A stretch of 61,342 nt of DNA, filler included. It is 5 parts of 5 records of this genome, joined end to end, with 100 filler letters (N's around TTAATTAATTAA, not from the genome) between each part and the next. Parts side by side here need not be neighbours in the genome. Positions count along the whole stretch, not along the records: positions 1 to 21,095 come from SRR31147125_654; 4 more parts are not named here. One strand, written 5' to 3'. This document shows, in pieces, positions 1 through 10,139 of the stretch. The translations under genes and the position numbers were made by a program. The notes under the pieces are model-generated. The model was not told where the DNA came from and searched no databases. It saw only the letters and a list, made by a program, of their open reading frames with translations. Each line of letters starts with the position of its first letter. Within the stretch, counting starts at the first letter, position 1.

Positions 1-179
1 CCAAAATTTCACACATGACTTAACACTAGTAGATAGGAGGACTCGACTCCAGAGGAGTTGTATATTCCAAATGTTTGTTTTTCCTTTTTGGTCAGAAATA
101 TTAGCCCATTTCACCGTGAAATTAACCGTTACTATACAGTTCAAGCCTTTGTTTTTCCTGTTTTTTGATTTGGCACTAA

Positions 180-187
180 TATATTTG
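180..187 (+). promoter_or_regulatory. Bacteroidota-type -7 promoter element (TATATTTG) for the GH2 gene
   Basis: Matches TAnnTTTG about 30 nt upstream of ATG 219; no clear -33 element at canonical spacing. Confidence 0.5.
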
Positions 188-218
188 AAAAGAAACTATT
201 TCAAACGAAAAATACGAG

Positions 219-2693
219 ATGACAAAAGCAAAAAATGTATTACTAGTGGTATTGCTGGCTCTGGCGACAATTGCCAAGGCCCAATACACACCCGAAGAAA
301 ATTTTGATAAGAACTGGCTTTTCTACAACGATAAAGCTGATGGAGCAGAACAAGTAAATTTTGATGATTCGGAATGGCGCAAACTGGATTTGCCGCACGA
401 CTGGGCGATTGAGGGACCATTCGATAAAAAATACGATTGCCGAATGGGAGCGCTGCCGGTGCACGGAACAGGCTGGTACCGCAAGCATTTTACCATGCCA
501 GCATCTGCCGAGGGTAAAGTAGTTCGCATTGAGTTTGAGGGAGCTATGTACAACTCGCATGTTTGGGTGAACGGTGAAAAAGTCGGTCATCGTCCTTATG
601 GTTATATTGGCTTTGAATTCGATATTAGCAAATACCTGAAATACGATGGCTCGGAAAATGTAATTGCTGTGCGTTTAACACCTAAAGATTATTCTTCGCG
701 TTGGTATCCCGGCGCAGGTTTATACCGCTCAGTTTGGCTAAAAGTTGACGAGCCAGTTTATGTTGATTTATGGGGAACTTACATTACAACGCCAACCGCT
801 ACCGATGCGAAAGGCGTGGTGCAACACGAAACTACCATTGTCAATAAATCCTCTGAAGATAAAAGAGTAAAAGTAAGTCACAAATATTTTGATGCCAATG
901 GTAAAGTGGTTGCCGAAAATTCGGAAGAAATTGTTGCCAAAGCTGGCGAAAAGACCTGGTCGGGCACATTTTCAAATATTTTGAATCCCAAACTTTGGAA
1001 TGTGTATCAACCCAATTTATATTCTGCCGAAACTACTATTTCTGATGGCGATAAAGTGTTGGATACTTACAAAAGCACCTTTGGAATCCGCAACATTACT
1101 TTCGATTCCAATGGATTTTATATCAACAGGAAACAGGTTCGCTTTAACGGTGTAAACTTACACCATGACAACGGCGCTTTGGGTGCTGCTGTCTACAAAA
1201 GAGCTGATGAGCGTAAACTCGGAATTTTAAAAGATATGGGTGTAAATGCCATCCGTTGCAGCCACAATCCTCCATCGCGCGAGTTTCTGGAAGTATGCGA
1301 TGAAATGGGAATAGTGGTTATTGACGAGGCTTATGATTGCTGGGAAATTCCAAAAATAAAGAATGGCTACAACGTAATGTTTAAAGAATGGAGCGAGCGC
1401 GATTTGCAGGATATGATTCTGCGTGATCGCAGCCATCCATCGGTAATTATGTGGAGCATTGGTAATGAAATAAAAGAGCAGCACCGACCAACAATTGGAT
1501 GGAAAATGGCAAAAGAGTTGAATGCCATTTGTAAGCAATTCGATACATCAAGACCAACAACGGCTGGCTTTAATTCTTTCCCTGCAGCCTACGACTATAA
1601 CATGGTGCAGCAGGTTGACATTGCCGGTTCGAACTATAAAGCTGTGAAATATCAATGGTTTAAAGACAATTACCCTGATGTGCCGGTGTATGGCTCCGAA
1701 ACTTCGGGAGTGGCTAGTAGCCGTGGCGTGTATCATTACCCTGTTAAAAAATACGAAAAACACGAGTCGCTGCATGTAACCAGCTACGATATTGTTGGCC
1801 CTGTATGGGTATATCCTCCCGATATCGAGTTCCATTTTCAAAAAGAAGTACCAAGCATTTTAGGTGAATTTATTTGGACAGGCTTCGATTACCTGGGCGA
1901 AACCAGCCCTTACGGAGGCCTGGACAATATTGATAACGAGGGGCATTGGAATTCTGACTACCCATCGCGCAGTTCGTACTTTGGCGCAGTCGATTTGGCG
2001 GGTTTCCCCAAAGACCGTTTTTACCAATATCAAAGCCAGTGGACTACCAAACCCATGATTCACCTTATGCCACATTGGAATTTGGGTAAGGAAATGATTG
2101 GTGAAACCATTCCTGTATATTGCTACACCAATTGCGAGGAAGCCGAGTTGTTTGTAAACGGTAAATCGATGGGACGAAAAGTAAAAGGCAAAGACCTAAC
2201 CAGCCGAATTGTGGATTTTCTGCGCTACGAACCGAAAACTTTTGATTCGCCTTACCTACTTAGCTGGGATGTTGAGTACCAACCGGGCGAGATAAAAGTG
2301 GTGGGTTTTAAAAACGGCAAAGCCATTCAGGAAAAAGAAATAAATACAGCAGGCAAAGCAAAACAAATCAAGCTTTCGGTTGACCGTAGCACCATTGATG
2401 CCGATGGAAAAGACTTGGCTTACGTTAGGGTTGAAATTCAGGACAAAGACGGAAACTTCTGCCCTTTGGCCGATAACCTTGTAAACTTTGAAGTATCGGG
2501 AGCTGGTAAAATTGTAGGCGTTGACAATGGAAGCCAAATTTCGCTGGAATCGTTTAAAGATAACAAACGCAAGGCTTTTAACGGCTTGGCTTTGGTTATT
2601 CTGAACTCGAACGAAAACGAAGCTGGTACAATAAAGTTGGCGGCTAAATCGAAAGGTTTGAAAGGGGCTGAGATTATTGTAACAAGTAAATAA
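219..2693 (+). CDS. Secreted glycoside hydrolase family 2 (beta-galactosidase GalB-like)
   Basis: 824 aa with signal peptide; GH2 motifs LPHDW, GWYRKHF, GVNLHHDNGALG, IRCSHNPP, WSIGNE (acid/base), YGSET (nucleophile), WTGFDYLGE. Confidence 0.95.
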   Translation: MTKAKNVLLVVLLALATIAKAQYTPEENFDKNWLFYNDKADGAEQVNFDDSEWRKLDLPHDWAIEGPFDKKYDCRMGALPVHGTGWYRKHFTMPASAEGKVVRIEFEGAMYNSHVWVNGEKVGHRPYGYIGFEFDISKYLKYDGSENVIAVRLTPKDYSSRWYPGAGLYRSVWLKVDEPVYVDLWGTYITTPTATDAKGVVQHETTIVNKSSEDKRVKVSHKYFDANGKVVAENSEEIVAKAGEKTWSGTFSNILNPKLWNVYQPNLYSAETTISDGDKVLDTYKSTFGIRNITFDSNGFYINRKQVRFNGVNLHHDNGALGAAVYKRADERKLGILKDMGVNAIRCSHNPPSREFLEVCDEMGIVVIDEAYDCWEIPKIKNGYNVMFKEWSERDLQDMILRDRSHPSVIMWSIGNEIKEQHRPTIGWKMAKELNAICKQFDTSRPTTAGFNSFPAAYDYNMVQQVDIAGSNYKAVKYQWFKDNYPDVPVYGSETSGVASSRGVYHYPVKKYEKHESLHVTSYDIVGPVWVYPPDIEFHFQKEVPSILGEFIWTGFDYLGETSPYGGLDNIDNEGHWNSDYPSRSSYFGAVDLAGFPKDRFYQYQSQWTTKPMIHLMPHWNLGKEMIGETIPVYCYTNCEEAELFVNGKSMGRKVKGKDLTSRIVDFLRYEPKTFDSPYLLSWDVEYQPGEIKVVGFKNGKAIQEKEINTAGKAKQIKLSVDRSTIDADGKDLAYVRVEIQDKDGNFCPLADNLVNFEVSGAGKIVGVDNGSQISLESFKDNKRKAFNGLALVILNSNENEAGTIKLAAKSKGLKGAEIIVTSK

Positions 2694-2771
2694 TATGTTG
2701 TTCGAAGCAAATGCGCGTAGCGGTTTAGAACCGCTTAGCGCTTAGTTTGAAAAATATATTGTGGTTTGAAA

Positions 2772-2851
2772 AAAACGAAGCTGCTAAAATAAAATTGGTG
2801 GCTAAATTGAAAGGTTTGAAAGGGGCTGAGGTCTTAATTACGACTAAATAA
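2772..2851 (+). repeat. Diverged second copy of the last 80 nt of the GH2 gene (2614-2693)
   Basis: Ungapped alignment, 67/80 identical by manual count; reads NEAAKIKLVAKLKGLKGAEVLITTK* vs NEAGTIKLAAKSKGLKGAEIIVTSK*. Confidence 0.9.
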
Positions 2852-3045
2852 CTATACTTTTGGATAGAATAAGTTTACACCTTTATTTAGAATAAAAGCC
2901 CACTTTACAGGTAGGTTTTATGCTTTATATTGCATCTCCAATTAAAACAATTCGCATTGGAAGGGAAAAGTTTACGCGCTGGTTTACACAAAGTGTCAAA
3001 ATTTGGTGTTTTTAAGCCATTTAAAGGAAACTGTCTAAAATGACA

Positions 3046-3077
3046 AAAGTCCGATAATCAGTTGATTATCAGACTTT
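3046..3077 (-). terminator. Hairpin/terminator downstream of the tRNA-Pro 3' fragment
   Basis: AAAGTCCGATAATCA..TGATTATCAGACTTT inverted repeat (1 mismatch) just past the tRNA 3' end on the minus strand. Confidence 0.65.
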
Positions 3078-3084
3078 CTGACTC

Positions 3085-3107
3085 GTCGGGATGACAAGAT
3101 TTGAACT
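3085..3107 (-). mobile_element. attR-like site: isolated 3' end of tRNA-Pro marking a genomic island boundary
   Basis: Minus strand reads AG-TTCAAAT-CTTGT-CATCCCG-AC: T-loop, 3' T-stem, and acceptor 3' strand complementary to the tRNA-Pro 5' CGGGATG. The 5' part of the tRNA is absent. Confidence 0.8.
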
Positions 3108-3154
3108 ATGTTTTTAATAAGTCTATGTATCAGTGATTTATGACGGCGGGAAAT

Positions 3155-3177
3155 TTTTGGTTCACCGTTTTGTTCAC
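3155..3177. repeat. GTTCAC direct repeats (putative integrase arm-type sites)
   Basis: TTTTGGTTCAC-CG-TTTTGTTCAC, 12-nt period, about 50 nt inside the att core. Confidence 0.5.
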
Positions 3178-3216
3178 ATTTAAAGAACGATACTTTATTT
3201 GTACAAAAATACAAAA

Positions 3217-3253
3217 AACAGTATTAATATACAATTTGGATATTAATACTGTT
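3217..3253. terminator. 14-bp perfect inverted repeat, probable terminator of the AraC gene
   Basis: AACAGTATTAATAT-N9-ATATTAATACTGTT, followed by a T-run on the minus strand. Confidence 0.65.
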
Positions 3254-3345
3254 AGGAACGCGTAAAGCTACAAGATAGGATGTTAAAAGATAATTTTAAA
3301 TAGTAGATTAAACACAAGTAAGCTCAGTAGGACAAACGCAATTCT

Positions 3346-4413
3346 TTAATTCACTTCAATCTCGTTCATGTACTCCGATGGAGTTTTTCCGGTAACTTCT
3401 TTAAAGGCTCTGTTGAAACTGGTCTTGCTATTAAATCCGCTGTCGAAAGCTAGATATAAAAATTTTACATTTTTATTTTTTGGCGATTGAAGTAAGTTAA
3501 TAAAATGTTCCACTCGATACCCTCTGACAAATTGGAAGAAGTTGGTTTTTAGGTATTTATTTAACAACTCCGTAATATGGTGTCTCGGAATTCCTATCTG
3601 GTTTGAGAACTCAACAAGGTTAAAATCGTTTTCCATAAAAGGCTTATTGCTTTTCATATGTTTAACCAGCTTCTCTATCAGTTCATTCGTATTTTCTTCT
3701 TTCAAGCTACTGTGTTTGTATCTTGTATCTTCTTCATCCGAAATTATTTCTCCTTGCCAAATCCCCATTATTATCATACAATTCGAGATAATTAAAAGAT
3801 TTGTATTCATGAGAATCCGGAACACCGTATCTGACTTATAAACAGTATGAATGTACCCAGAAACAATAACGAGAACGATAAAAACGGTCAACAAACCAAC
3901 AATCCAAAGTAGTTTTATTTTATTTGTTTCATATGAATAGATATTTTTAAGCTTCTTTAAAAATCTCCAGTGTTTCAGGTAGGTTACCGAGCTGTAAGTA
4001 ATAATAATAGCAAGTCCCCAAAGGTCAATAAGTAAAAATTTGGTTGAATAATCTCGGTTATAGAAATGGGCTTCAGAATAATTGGTTACCACAAGTAATA
4101 GATACAGGATTATGACAGGAATAATATGAAGAGCATCAAGAAGCTGAAATCTTTTACTTGTCTGTATTTGATATTTAAGATACATAAACATAAATATTGG
4201 AATACAAAATCCCAACGCTGAAGCAGCCTCAGCAATATATTTTACATTTCCTCCCTTGGTAAAATTAATTAAATCAAAACCTAAGTTGAAAAGAATAGTA
4301 AGGAAAAATGCAATTAGAACTTTATTGGCAACAGAAAGGGGTTTCCTTAAAAAATATAAAAAGGATATAGCAAGTAAATTCTGGATTATGCCAAAAATAT
4401 TTAGTAATTCCAT
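3346..4413 (-). CDS. Membrane-anchored AraC-family transcriptional regulator
   Basis: About 6-7 N-terminal TM segments; C-terminal AraC HTH (FFQFVRGYRV...LAFDSGFNSKTSFNRAFKEVTGKTPSEY); divergent from the locus. Confidence 0.93.
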   Translation of the reverse strand: MELLNIFGIIQNLLAISFLYFLRKPLSVANKVLIAFFLTILFNLGFDLINFTKGGNVKYIAEAASALGFCIPIFMFMYLKYQIQTSKRFQLLDALHIIPVIILYLLLVVTNYSEAHFYNRDYSTKFLLIDLWGLAIIITYSSVTYLKHWRFLKKLKNIYSYETNKIKLLWIVGLLTVFIVLVIVSGYIHTVYKSDTVFRILMNTNLLIISNCMIIMGIWQGEIISDEEDTRYKHSSLKEENTNELIEKLVKHMKSNKPFMENDFNLVEFSNQIGIPRHHITELLNKYLKTNFFQFVRGYRVEHFINLLQSPKNKNVKFLYLAFDSGFNSKTSFNRAFKEVTGKTPSEYMNEIEVN

Positions 4414-4541
4414 TTAAGCTTCTGGTTAATTCTCTGCACGAAAATAGAAACTTTTCAGCACAAAGGAATAAATAAGCGTTTTAAATTTCAATTCTTACAT
4501 TTTTGAACATTTCATAATAGATTGACAGTCAGTCAGTAAGG

Positions 4542-4621
4542 TGTTTCATCCATAAGTGGAACGTTTCAAGATTGTTTATAGAAAAACTTTCCGTTGAGAA
4601 AATTCCTATAGATTAGTTTCG
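4542..4621 (+). promoter_or_regulatory. Putative AraC operator (4542-4569) plus -7 element TAGTTTCG (4614-4621)
   Basis: TGTTTCA-TCCATAAG-TGGAACG-TTTCAA imperfect palindrome; a matching copy at 13285 has the identical offset to its -7 element. Confidence 0.6.
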
Positions 4622-4683
4622 TAATGTTCACTACGTGCAGGATGTAGTGAAATTTTGAATTTATTAATGAATATCTAAAATTT

Positions 4684-5088
4684 ATGAACATGAAGAATTT
4701 AGGGAAAGTAGTTGTAGGTCTAGTATTTTTATTATGCACTAGCGTTTCAGTTATTGCAGCACAAAGTGTAGAAGAAAACCCATTTATTGGAAGGTGGAAA
4801 GCTACGGTATTTGAAACAACCGAGGGAGATGTTGATTTTATACTTGAATTTGTTTTTAGAGAAGGCAAGTTGGTAGGTACAATTGAGAACGCAGAAAACG
4901 GAACAAAAACAAACCTGAGCTCGATTGAGGCAGATGAAGAAAGTATTGAGTTTGGTTTTTTTAGCGAGAGTAGAAGCATCGAGCTTACCTACTATCTGGA
5001 GATTGTTGATGAAGGAGAAGCAGAAGGTTATTTACTGGACATGTTTGAAGTTGAAGCAAAGAAAATAAAAGAGAAAAAGAAGAAATAA
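4684..5088 (+). CDS. Small secreted beta-barrel (lipocalin-like) hypothetical protein
   Basis: Signal peptide, FIGRW (GxW) motif, alternating beta-strand pattern; homologous to 20610-21029. Confidence 0.8.
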   Translation: MNMKNLGKVVVGLVFLLCTSVSVIAAQSVEENPFIGRWKATVFETTEGDVDFILEFVFREGKLVGTIENAENGTKTNLSSIEADEESIEFGFFSESRSIELTYYLEIVDEGEAEGYLLDMFEVEAKKIKEKKKK

Positions 5089-5111
5089 AAAAGCAGTTTA
5101 TATACAAAAAA

Positions 5112-5165
5112 GAACACACGAGACATTTCTTAAAATTTCAGTTTGTCAGAAATACACGTGTGTTC
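5112..5165 (+). other. Intergenic stem-loop before the TonB receptor
   Basis: GAACACACG...ATTTCT / AGAAAT...CGTGTGTTC inverted repeat with no U-tract. Confidence 0.5.
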
Positions 5166-5188
5166 CCTTAAAAAATCAAACCAAAATT

Positions 5189-7527
5189 ATGAAAAATATT
5201 ATATCTACAATTCTCTTGCTAATGTGTTTTAGCACTTTACTTGCACAACAGGAGCAAGTTGTCGAAGAAAAATCAGATACAATAAAGGTTATATCAAAGG
5301 CATTCGAAAAGGAAGAAAAGAACCGTAATATTATGCTGAATGCCAAATCGAATGTTGGACCACGTCAGGTTAATATTGGCTTGCCACAAGGTTTTGGCGC
5401 ACTGTATATTCATGAAGGAGGTGTGGCTATGACCCATATGCCCTGGACTCAATCGCCTTTGTCGGTATGGCGTTACGACAGTAATATTGGAAAAATTGGG
5501 TTGCTAAATCTTCACGAAACAGTAATACTTACGGGAGCCATTGGTAATTTGGTAACATCAGAAATGCGAGAAGGTGGACGAAAATTCAGGGGTTTTGCCG
5601 ATTTAAAAGTTAACACAAATAAAATGGTAACCGCTTCAGTCAACCTTTCAGGACCAATTAAAAATAATTGGCATTACAGCATTGGGGGGCATATTAGTAG
5701 AAATCCTGGCTCAACCGATATTGCATTTCATGATTATATGGAAGAAACTGAAATATTCAGAGCCCAGATTATGAAACGCTTTAATGGACGGAAAGGAAAA
5801 ATTAAGTTCGGATACAAATACGCAAATTTTAGTTACCTAGCTGATTTGTATTTTCCATTCCGCTATCAGTTGGATGGTTCTTATAAAGATGTGGACGGAT
5901 TTAACCTGGGGAAAGATTCGTTTTACCCTAGCACAAGTTCGTTAGCCGCTTACGATTTTGTTACGGGAGAAAGGAAAGACCTTGACCTGGTAAATGATAA
6001 CAATACAAGGTCGCATGTGTTTGACTTCAATTTTGAATATAAATTCGAGAATAAGGTTAAACTTGATGTTTCCAGTCGTTATATGAGCTCAAAACACAGT
6101 GTTGCATATGTACTGCCATTTGGGTCATACAACAGCTCAGCCGACCTTACATTTCCTGTTGAAGTGCCTCCGGGTTCTGGATTTGTTATGGAATTCCCTT
6201 CTGCTGTAACTCGTCTGGATGGGACACCGTACACCGGTGCCATTGCATCGGGTGGGTATACGGCATTAAATGGTATGCCATTAACAAACCTGTTAAGCCG
6301 GGTTGAATTTAGCCGTGTTGGAAAAAAGCATAATTGGCGCGGTGGTTTGTTCCATTCTTTCTACGAAGTTGGGGATTATTCGGCTAGTAGCGGGGTATTT
6401 TTTGAAGCTGTAGAGCCACAACCCGAGATGTTGAATGTATATGCGGACCTAACATCGGTAATGCCAAAGGTTACTACTTACAGGTGAATAACGTAGACGG
6501 CGGATTAGTTATGGCCAATACCATTGCAGGATATAGTACATCTAAAATAAATGATTTCGCCTTTTATTTTACAGATGACATTGATGTAACTGAAACATTT
6601 AAACTATCGACAGGAGCTAGGTTTTCGTATAACTTTACGGATGGTGAATACTACAAGGAACGTAAAGTGGAAGATGGTATAACTACCGTTGTGGGAGAGT
6701 TAGCTGATTATAATACAAATAACTATGCTTACGCGTTATCTGGTCAAGGGGATTTAAAGTTAAGTGCCAAATTTGGTTTATTGGCTGACCTCACTTATCA
6801 GTACACTGGTGCTTTTGATGGCGGACATGATTTGGGTGAAGATGCGATAAGTGAGATTAGTGCTACAAATGTATATTATAACGCTTTAGGTGTGTACTTG
6901 AATAATCCTAAACTAAATATCGTTTCAAAGTTAACACGTATTAAACAATCTGGTATAACACAATATGCCACCATTACTAATGCCGATGACCCAACTCAAC
7001 AAATACGAATGAATATTACCGGTGTTGATATTCAAACTGTTGGTTGGACAACTGATGCCTTAATTAAACCGACAGAGAATGCTGAACTGCATTTGTTAGC
7101 AACGTTCCAAAATCCAAAATACGATAATTATAGTCTAGAAGCTTGGGGTGAGACATACGATTATAGTGGTAAGGTAGTACCAACTTTATCAAAAGTACTG
7201 TTGGAAATAGACCCTGCCTATTATCTGTTTAAAAAAGACATGAAAGTTTGGGCAAGTTTTCGCTATTTTAGTAAAACCTATGCCAACTTAACGAATTCGT
7301 TATACTTCAAAAGTCGCTGGGAATCGTTTGCAGGAATTGATTACAAAATAAGCAAAAACATAGATGCATCGTTTAAAGTAACCAACTTGTTCGATGTAAG
7401 AGGTGTAAAAGGAACGATTCAAGGTGCAGAAACAATTACCGATGCCTCTGTTTACGACAACCAGATTATGTTTGGTGCAATGTTACTACCTCGCCAGTTT
7501 GAATTAGGTGTGAAGTTTAAATTCTAA
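5189..7527 (+). CDS. TonB-dependent outer-membrane receptor (non-SusC type); single frameshift near 6465
   Basis: ORFs 5189-6487 and 6484-7527 join if one base is restored at CCAAAGGTTAC; signal peptide, plug region NRNIMLNA..PRQVNIGLP, barrel end PRQFELGVKFKF with terminal Phe. Confidence 0.85.
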
Positions 7528-7598
7528 TAAAAGCACTTCCATGAATTGTCGCTTTTTGGCAATTCTTGCGAATAGTAATTTGTATTGAAAATCTCTAT

Positions 7599-7646
7599 CC
7601 TCCTTATTAAGTCTATTGCAATTGACCCGAATAAGGAGGTTTTTTT
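7599..7646 (+). terminator. Intrinsic terminator between the TonB receptor and TolC
   Basis: CCTCCTTATT...AATAAGGAGG stem followed by T7. Confidence 0.7.
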
Positions 7647-7697
7647 ATACAAAATTAAAAGAAGTTGATTATTGCAAAATTCATTCAGAACTTAAAA

Positions 7698-9056
7698 ATG
7701 AAACGTTTCCTAATAATGCTTGTAAGCTGTTTGTCGTTTATAAACCAGGCACCCGGACAATCAGAAACAAAAGTAAATATCAATCAATTGTTAAAACATG
7801 CCCTCGAAAATAATGCGGGAATAAAAAGAGCTGAGTTAAGCCTAAACAAAACCAGAGAAAATGATAGAGAGGTTCGAAGTTCTGGTTATCCGCAAATAAA
7901 TGGAGAACTGAATTATAAAGATTATCTGCAGTTACCAACCACAATACTTCCCGGCGATTTAATAGGTGCTCCAGGAGAAGATGTCTATGTTAATTTTGGG
8001 AAAAAGCATAATGCAGATATTGGTGTAAGTTTAAGCCAGCTTCTTTTTTCGATGGAGTATTTTCAGGGTGTTAAAGCCTCCAAAATAGGTATTGGGTTAG
8101 CCGAGCTTAATATTCAAAAAATTGAAACAGATATTATCTACGACATTCATTCTAATTATTACCAACTGTTGGCTATTTATAAGAACAAGGAAATACTTGA
8201 AGCTGCCATTGCTTCATTAAAACAAACGCGCAAAAGTGTTGCAGCCATGGCAAACGAAGGACTAGCCCTGCAAACAGATGTAAAGCGAATAGACGTAAAT
8301 ATTTCTGATTTAGATGCTTCATACAACAAGGTAATTGCAGCAAGCCGAATTCAGATAAATAAGTTAAAACTTATTTCAGGGATAGCACAATCAGAAGCAA
8401 TTTGGTTAGATACTTTAGGAGTAGATAAAATATTTCGAATTGAAAATAGGAATGAAAGTGTTCCAAATAACAATTTGGATATTTCGCAACGAATTGAAAT
8501 GCAACTGCTATGCAAAAACATTGAGTTAAAAGAACAACAAGTTAAAGTTGAAAAAGGTAAATACAGCCCAACCATTGTTTTCTTAGGAGCTTATCAATAT
8601 CAGGCAATGGGAAATGAATTTAACCTGCTCAAGAGAGGTCAGGATTGGTTTGATGTTAGCCTGGTTGGCGTTAAAGTTAAGGTTCCGGTTTTTAAAGGGC
8701 GTGAAACGCAAGCAAAGGTAGCACAAGTAAATATTGAAAAGTCGATAATAGAAAACGACCGGCAATACGCAAGCGAAAGCATGCAATTAGCCTACCGAAA
8801 TGCATTAAGCAATTACCAGCTAAGTTATAAAAACTGTATGTACCAAACCAATAGCATACGGGTTGCAGAAGATATTTTATCGCAAAATCAGTTAATGTTT
8901 AAAGAAGGTGTTTTAACCCTTACCGACTTGCTAATTAGCGAAAACGACCTACGTAGTGCTCAAATAAAATATGTTCAGAATGTAATTTATTTGAAAAAAG
9001 CAGAGTTGGATATTTTGAAATCGCACGGTAAACTAATAACCTTAATTCAAGACTAA
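7698..9056 (+). CDS. TolC-family outer-membrane efflux protein
   Basis: Likely ATG at 7698 (MKRFLIML signal); ALENN, YPQING, KYSPTI, VKVPVFKG OEP repeats. Confidence 0.92.
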   Translation: MKRFLIMLVSCLSFINQAPGQSETKVNINQLLKHALENNAGIKRAELSLNKTRENDREVRSSGYPQINGELNYKDYLQLPTTILPGDLIGAPGEDVYVNFGKKHNADIGVSLSQLLFSMEYFQGVKASKIGIGLAELNIQKIETDIIYDIHSNYYQLLAIYKNKEILEAAIASLKQTRKSVAAMANEGLALQTDVKRIDVNISDLDASYNKVIAASRIQINKLKLISGIAQSEAIWLDTLGVDKIFRIENRNESVPNNNLDISQRIEMQLLCKNIELKEQQVKVEKGKYSPTIVFLGAYQYQAMGNEFNLLKRGQDWFDVSLVGVKVKVPVFKGRETQAKVAQVNIEKSIIENDRQYASESMQLAYRNALSNYQLSYKNCMYQTNSIRVAEDILSQNQLMFKEGVLTLTDLLISENDLRSAQIKYVQNVIYLKKAELDILKSHGKLITLIQD

Positions 9057-9061
9057 AAAGC

Positions 9062-10129
9062 ATGAAGAAAATAGGAAAAACTTTGTTAATATGTTTAGTG
9101 CTTATCACTTTGATAGGGCTTTCGTATTTGCAATTAAAAAATAACAAAGAAAAGAGTTTGCAACTGGTGAAAGAAGCTCGCATTGCAGGACAGTTTCATT
9201 CGGTTAAAACCATAAAATTAAAGCCGGTATCTGATTTTTCAGGAAAGACAGAAAGTGGTTTTTTACGCCCCGTAACCGACATGTATGTTATTTCGGAAAC
9301 CAAAGGTAAAGTTACCGCAATTATTAAACAAAAAGGCGATTATGTATGCGCCGGTGAAATTATTGCTAAAGTTGAAGATGAACTATTTAACGCGCAAATG
9401 CAAGCCAGTGAGGCAGCTCTAAAACAACTGGAAAAAGATAAAAAAAGATATTCTAAACTAGCCGGAAATAATGCCATTACCCACCAGCAATTAGAACAGG
9501 TAAATTTAAAGTTGGAAACAACACGAGCTACTTATACACAAGCAAAACTACAGCTAGCCAACACTTCAATTAAAGCCCCGGTAAATGGTTATATTAATGA
9601 TGATTATTTGGAGTTGGGGCAGTTCTTAAACGGAGGAGGTAAAGTGTGTAATGTTATTGATATTTCTCAATTAAAATTAAATGTAAAAGTTGTTGCAAAA
9701 CAACTTCCATTTATCAGTTCAAATCAGAAAGTTATGGTTAGTGCTGATGCACTGCCCGGAATGAAGTTTAATGGGCGAGTAAAAACAATTGCACAAAAAG
9801 CCGGAATTGGAAATAGTTTCAATGTTGAAATTCAGGTTGAGAATACAGCAAACAGACATTTAAAGGGAGGAATGTTTGCCCATGCTAAATTTATACAATC
9901 ACAAACAACAAGCCATATCTATATTCCACGCCAGGCAATTAAAGGCTCTTTAAAAAATGCAAATGTTTTTGTAGTTGAGGGCGATACGGTTGCTGTGCGA
10001 AAAGTATTGGTTACTGAAGCACACGATAACTACTTAAAAGTACTTGATGGCTTACTAGCCGGAGAAGAAATTGTGACAGAAGGTAATTATACCCTGTATA
10101 ATGGCGCGGTAGTTAAACGTATAAACTGA
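9062..10129 (+). CDS. RND efflux periplasmic adaptor (membrane fusion protein)
   Basis: N-terminal TM; lipoyl half motifs SETKGKV..KGDYV and IKAPVNGYI; LKGGMFA; GLLAGEEIV. Confidence 0.93.
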   Translation: MKKIGKTLLICLVLITLIGLSYLQLKNNKEKSLQLVKEARIAGQFHSVKTIKLKPVSDFSGKTESGFLRPVTDMYVISETKGKVTAIIKQKGDYVCAGEIIAKVEDELFNAQMQASEAALKQLEKDKKRYSKLAGNNAITHQQLEQVNLKLETTRATYTQAKLQLANTSIKAPVNGYINDDYLELGQFLNGGGKVCNVIDISQLKLNVKVVAKQLPFISSNQKVMVSADALPGMKFNGRVKTIAQKAGIGNSFNVEIQVENTANRHLKGGMFAHAKFIQSQTTSHIYIPRQAIKGSLKNANVFVVEGDTVAVRKVLVTEAHDNYLKVLDGLLAGEEIVTEGNYTLYNGAVVKRIN

Positions 10130-10139
10130 TTCAGAAAAC

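Noticed and set aside
2614-2851. Diversity-generating retroelement VR/TR pair
   Set aside because: Mismatches are not adenine-specific in either copy and no reverse transcriptase is present.
3085-3180. Complete tRNA-Pro gene
   Set aside because: Only the last 23 nt are present; no D-arm, anticodon arm or 5' acceptor strand.
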